Below, one piece after another: positions 34,994-35,821 of a stretch of 35,821 nucleotides of DNA (its first letter is position 1; every line of letters starts with the position of its first letter). The stretch lies in assembly GCA_946404585.1 (NCBI GenBank), contig CAMJEC010000003.1:1-35821 (forward strand), read 5' to 3'. A program made the position numbers and the translations under genes. The stretch is from an uncultured Bacillales bacterium. Its GTDB lineage: Bacteria > Bacillota_I > Bacilli_A > RFN20 > CAG-826. The notes under the pieces were generated by a model. The model was not told the DNA's origin. It saw only the letters and a list, made by a program, of their open reading frames with translations, and searched no databases.

Positions 34994-35755
34994 ATGAAAA
35001 GAAAATTCAGAAATCCTGTTGAGATGGTCACCAGGATTGCCACTCTAGCAATTCTTTCAGCGCTAGGGTTCGTATTAATGGCGTTTCTGCAATTTCCATA
35101 TCCATTTGCACCTTGGCTCAAGATCGAAGTCAGTGAGATTGTCACTGTTTTAGCCTATGCGCTATATGGGTTACCTGGTGGAATAACAGTAGCCATTATC
35201 AAAACACTATTGAATCTTGCGGTTCACGGACCAGTGGGATTAGGCATTGGTGATTTAACAGCCTTCATTACATCATGCATGTATATCTTAGGCTTGTTTG
35301 TCACCAGCAGACTGAGACTATTTAAAAAGGGTGTTGGTTTCCGTTTTATTGCTTATGGCATCATCAGCATCTTCGTTAGCACGATTATGACAGTGCTTAA
35401 CGCCGTTGTCATTACTCCTTCTTATTTGACGGTCTTTGGATCTGATCCTCATTTCTCAACATGTTTTGAGGATGGAGTTATTCAAAACACAGCTGCTTAC
35501 TTGACAGGCAATAAAGATATTACAGTTAATGGCTGGGGATATGTTGGTATTATTAGCGCTATTTATTTACCATTTAATTTTATTAAAGCTACACTTTGTC
35601 TTTTAGGTTACGAAGCGTTATTCAACCAAATTATCTTCTTGTTAATGAAAAGATCCCCATTTTTCCAGAAGTGGTTTGTGGGTGATATTTTCACTAAAAA
35701 AGAAGAGGAAGTTAATCCTGATCTTACTGTAGAAGAAGAAAAACCACAAAAATAG
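34994..35755 (+). CDS. ribU: ECF S component, RibU-like riboflavin transporter
   Basis: AILSALGFVL..LQFP, WLKIEVSEI, PFNFIK; about 6 TM segments; downstream of FMN riboswitch. Confidence 0.8.
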   Translation: MKRKFRNPVEMVTRIATLAILSALGFVLMAFLQFPYPFAPWLKIEVSEIVTVLAYALYGLPGGITVAIIKTLLNLAVHGPVGLGIGDLTAFITSCMYILGLFVTSRLRLFKKGVGFRFIAYGIISIFVSTIMTVLNAVVITPSYLTVFGSDPHFSTCFEDGVIQNTAAYLTGNKDITVNGWGYVGIISAIYLPFNFIKATLCLLGYEALFNQIIFLLMKRSPFFQKWFVGDIFTKKEEEVNPDLTVEEEKPQK

Positions 35756-35770
35756 TGGTTTCAAAGGCAC

Positions 35771-35802
35771 AAAAAAACTAGGTCAATCAAGGCCTAGTTT
35801 TT
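35771..35802. terminator. Bidirectional intrinsic terminator
   Basis: AAAAAAACTAGG...CCTAGTTTTTT. Confidence 0.85.
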
Positions 35803-35821
35803 TGTTGTATTTTACTCTTCA

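Noticed and set aside
103-35145. Many 60-120 aa ORFs in the track that are antisense or out of frame to larger genes
   Set aside because: They are shadows of well-supported genes, with no recognisable motif

Overview
A 35.8-kb, AT-rich, gene-dense chromosomal segment read with genetic code 11. It most likely comes from an anaerobic, host-associated Bacilli lineage near Erysipelotrichales/Mollicutes; this is inferred from the Mollicute-style YebC N-terminus and the short CysS C-terminus. In order it contains: the end of a multimeric [FeFe]-hydrogenase operon (hydB 3' end, hydA); cysS-[CPA antiporter, MgtC]-rlmB-sigH-like; ecfA1-ecfA2-ecfT-truA; a Ser-rich repeat lipoprotein; yebC; L13 leader-rplM-rpsI; four tRNAs (Ile-GAT, Val-CAC, Thr-TGT, Leu-TAG); an ABC exporter pair; a structured intergenic RNA candidate; a lipoprotein serpin; flippase-GT4-recX-yhaM; a minus-strand block of two ~610-620 aa PrsA-like lipoproteins followed by hit; sufCDSUB-mnmG-rsmG; and an FMN riboswitch before a RibU-like S component. 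No mobile element, CRISPR array or phage gene was seen. Three leads stand out. (1) A duplicated alternative-sigma-like promoter (TTAGCA-N17-CGTCTTA..TGAGAGG) precedes both a ~165-nt UCCC-rich sRNA candidate and the serpin. (2) A coupled pair of giant PrsA paralogues (one with a split parvulin domain, one degenerate) sits beside hit, echoing the Mycoplasma P80-P60-HinT arrangement. (3) The FMN riboswitch has a collapsed P2/T-loop and precedes a divergent transporter. All calls are from motif recognition by eye; no searches were run.
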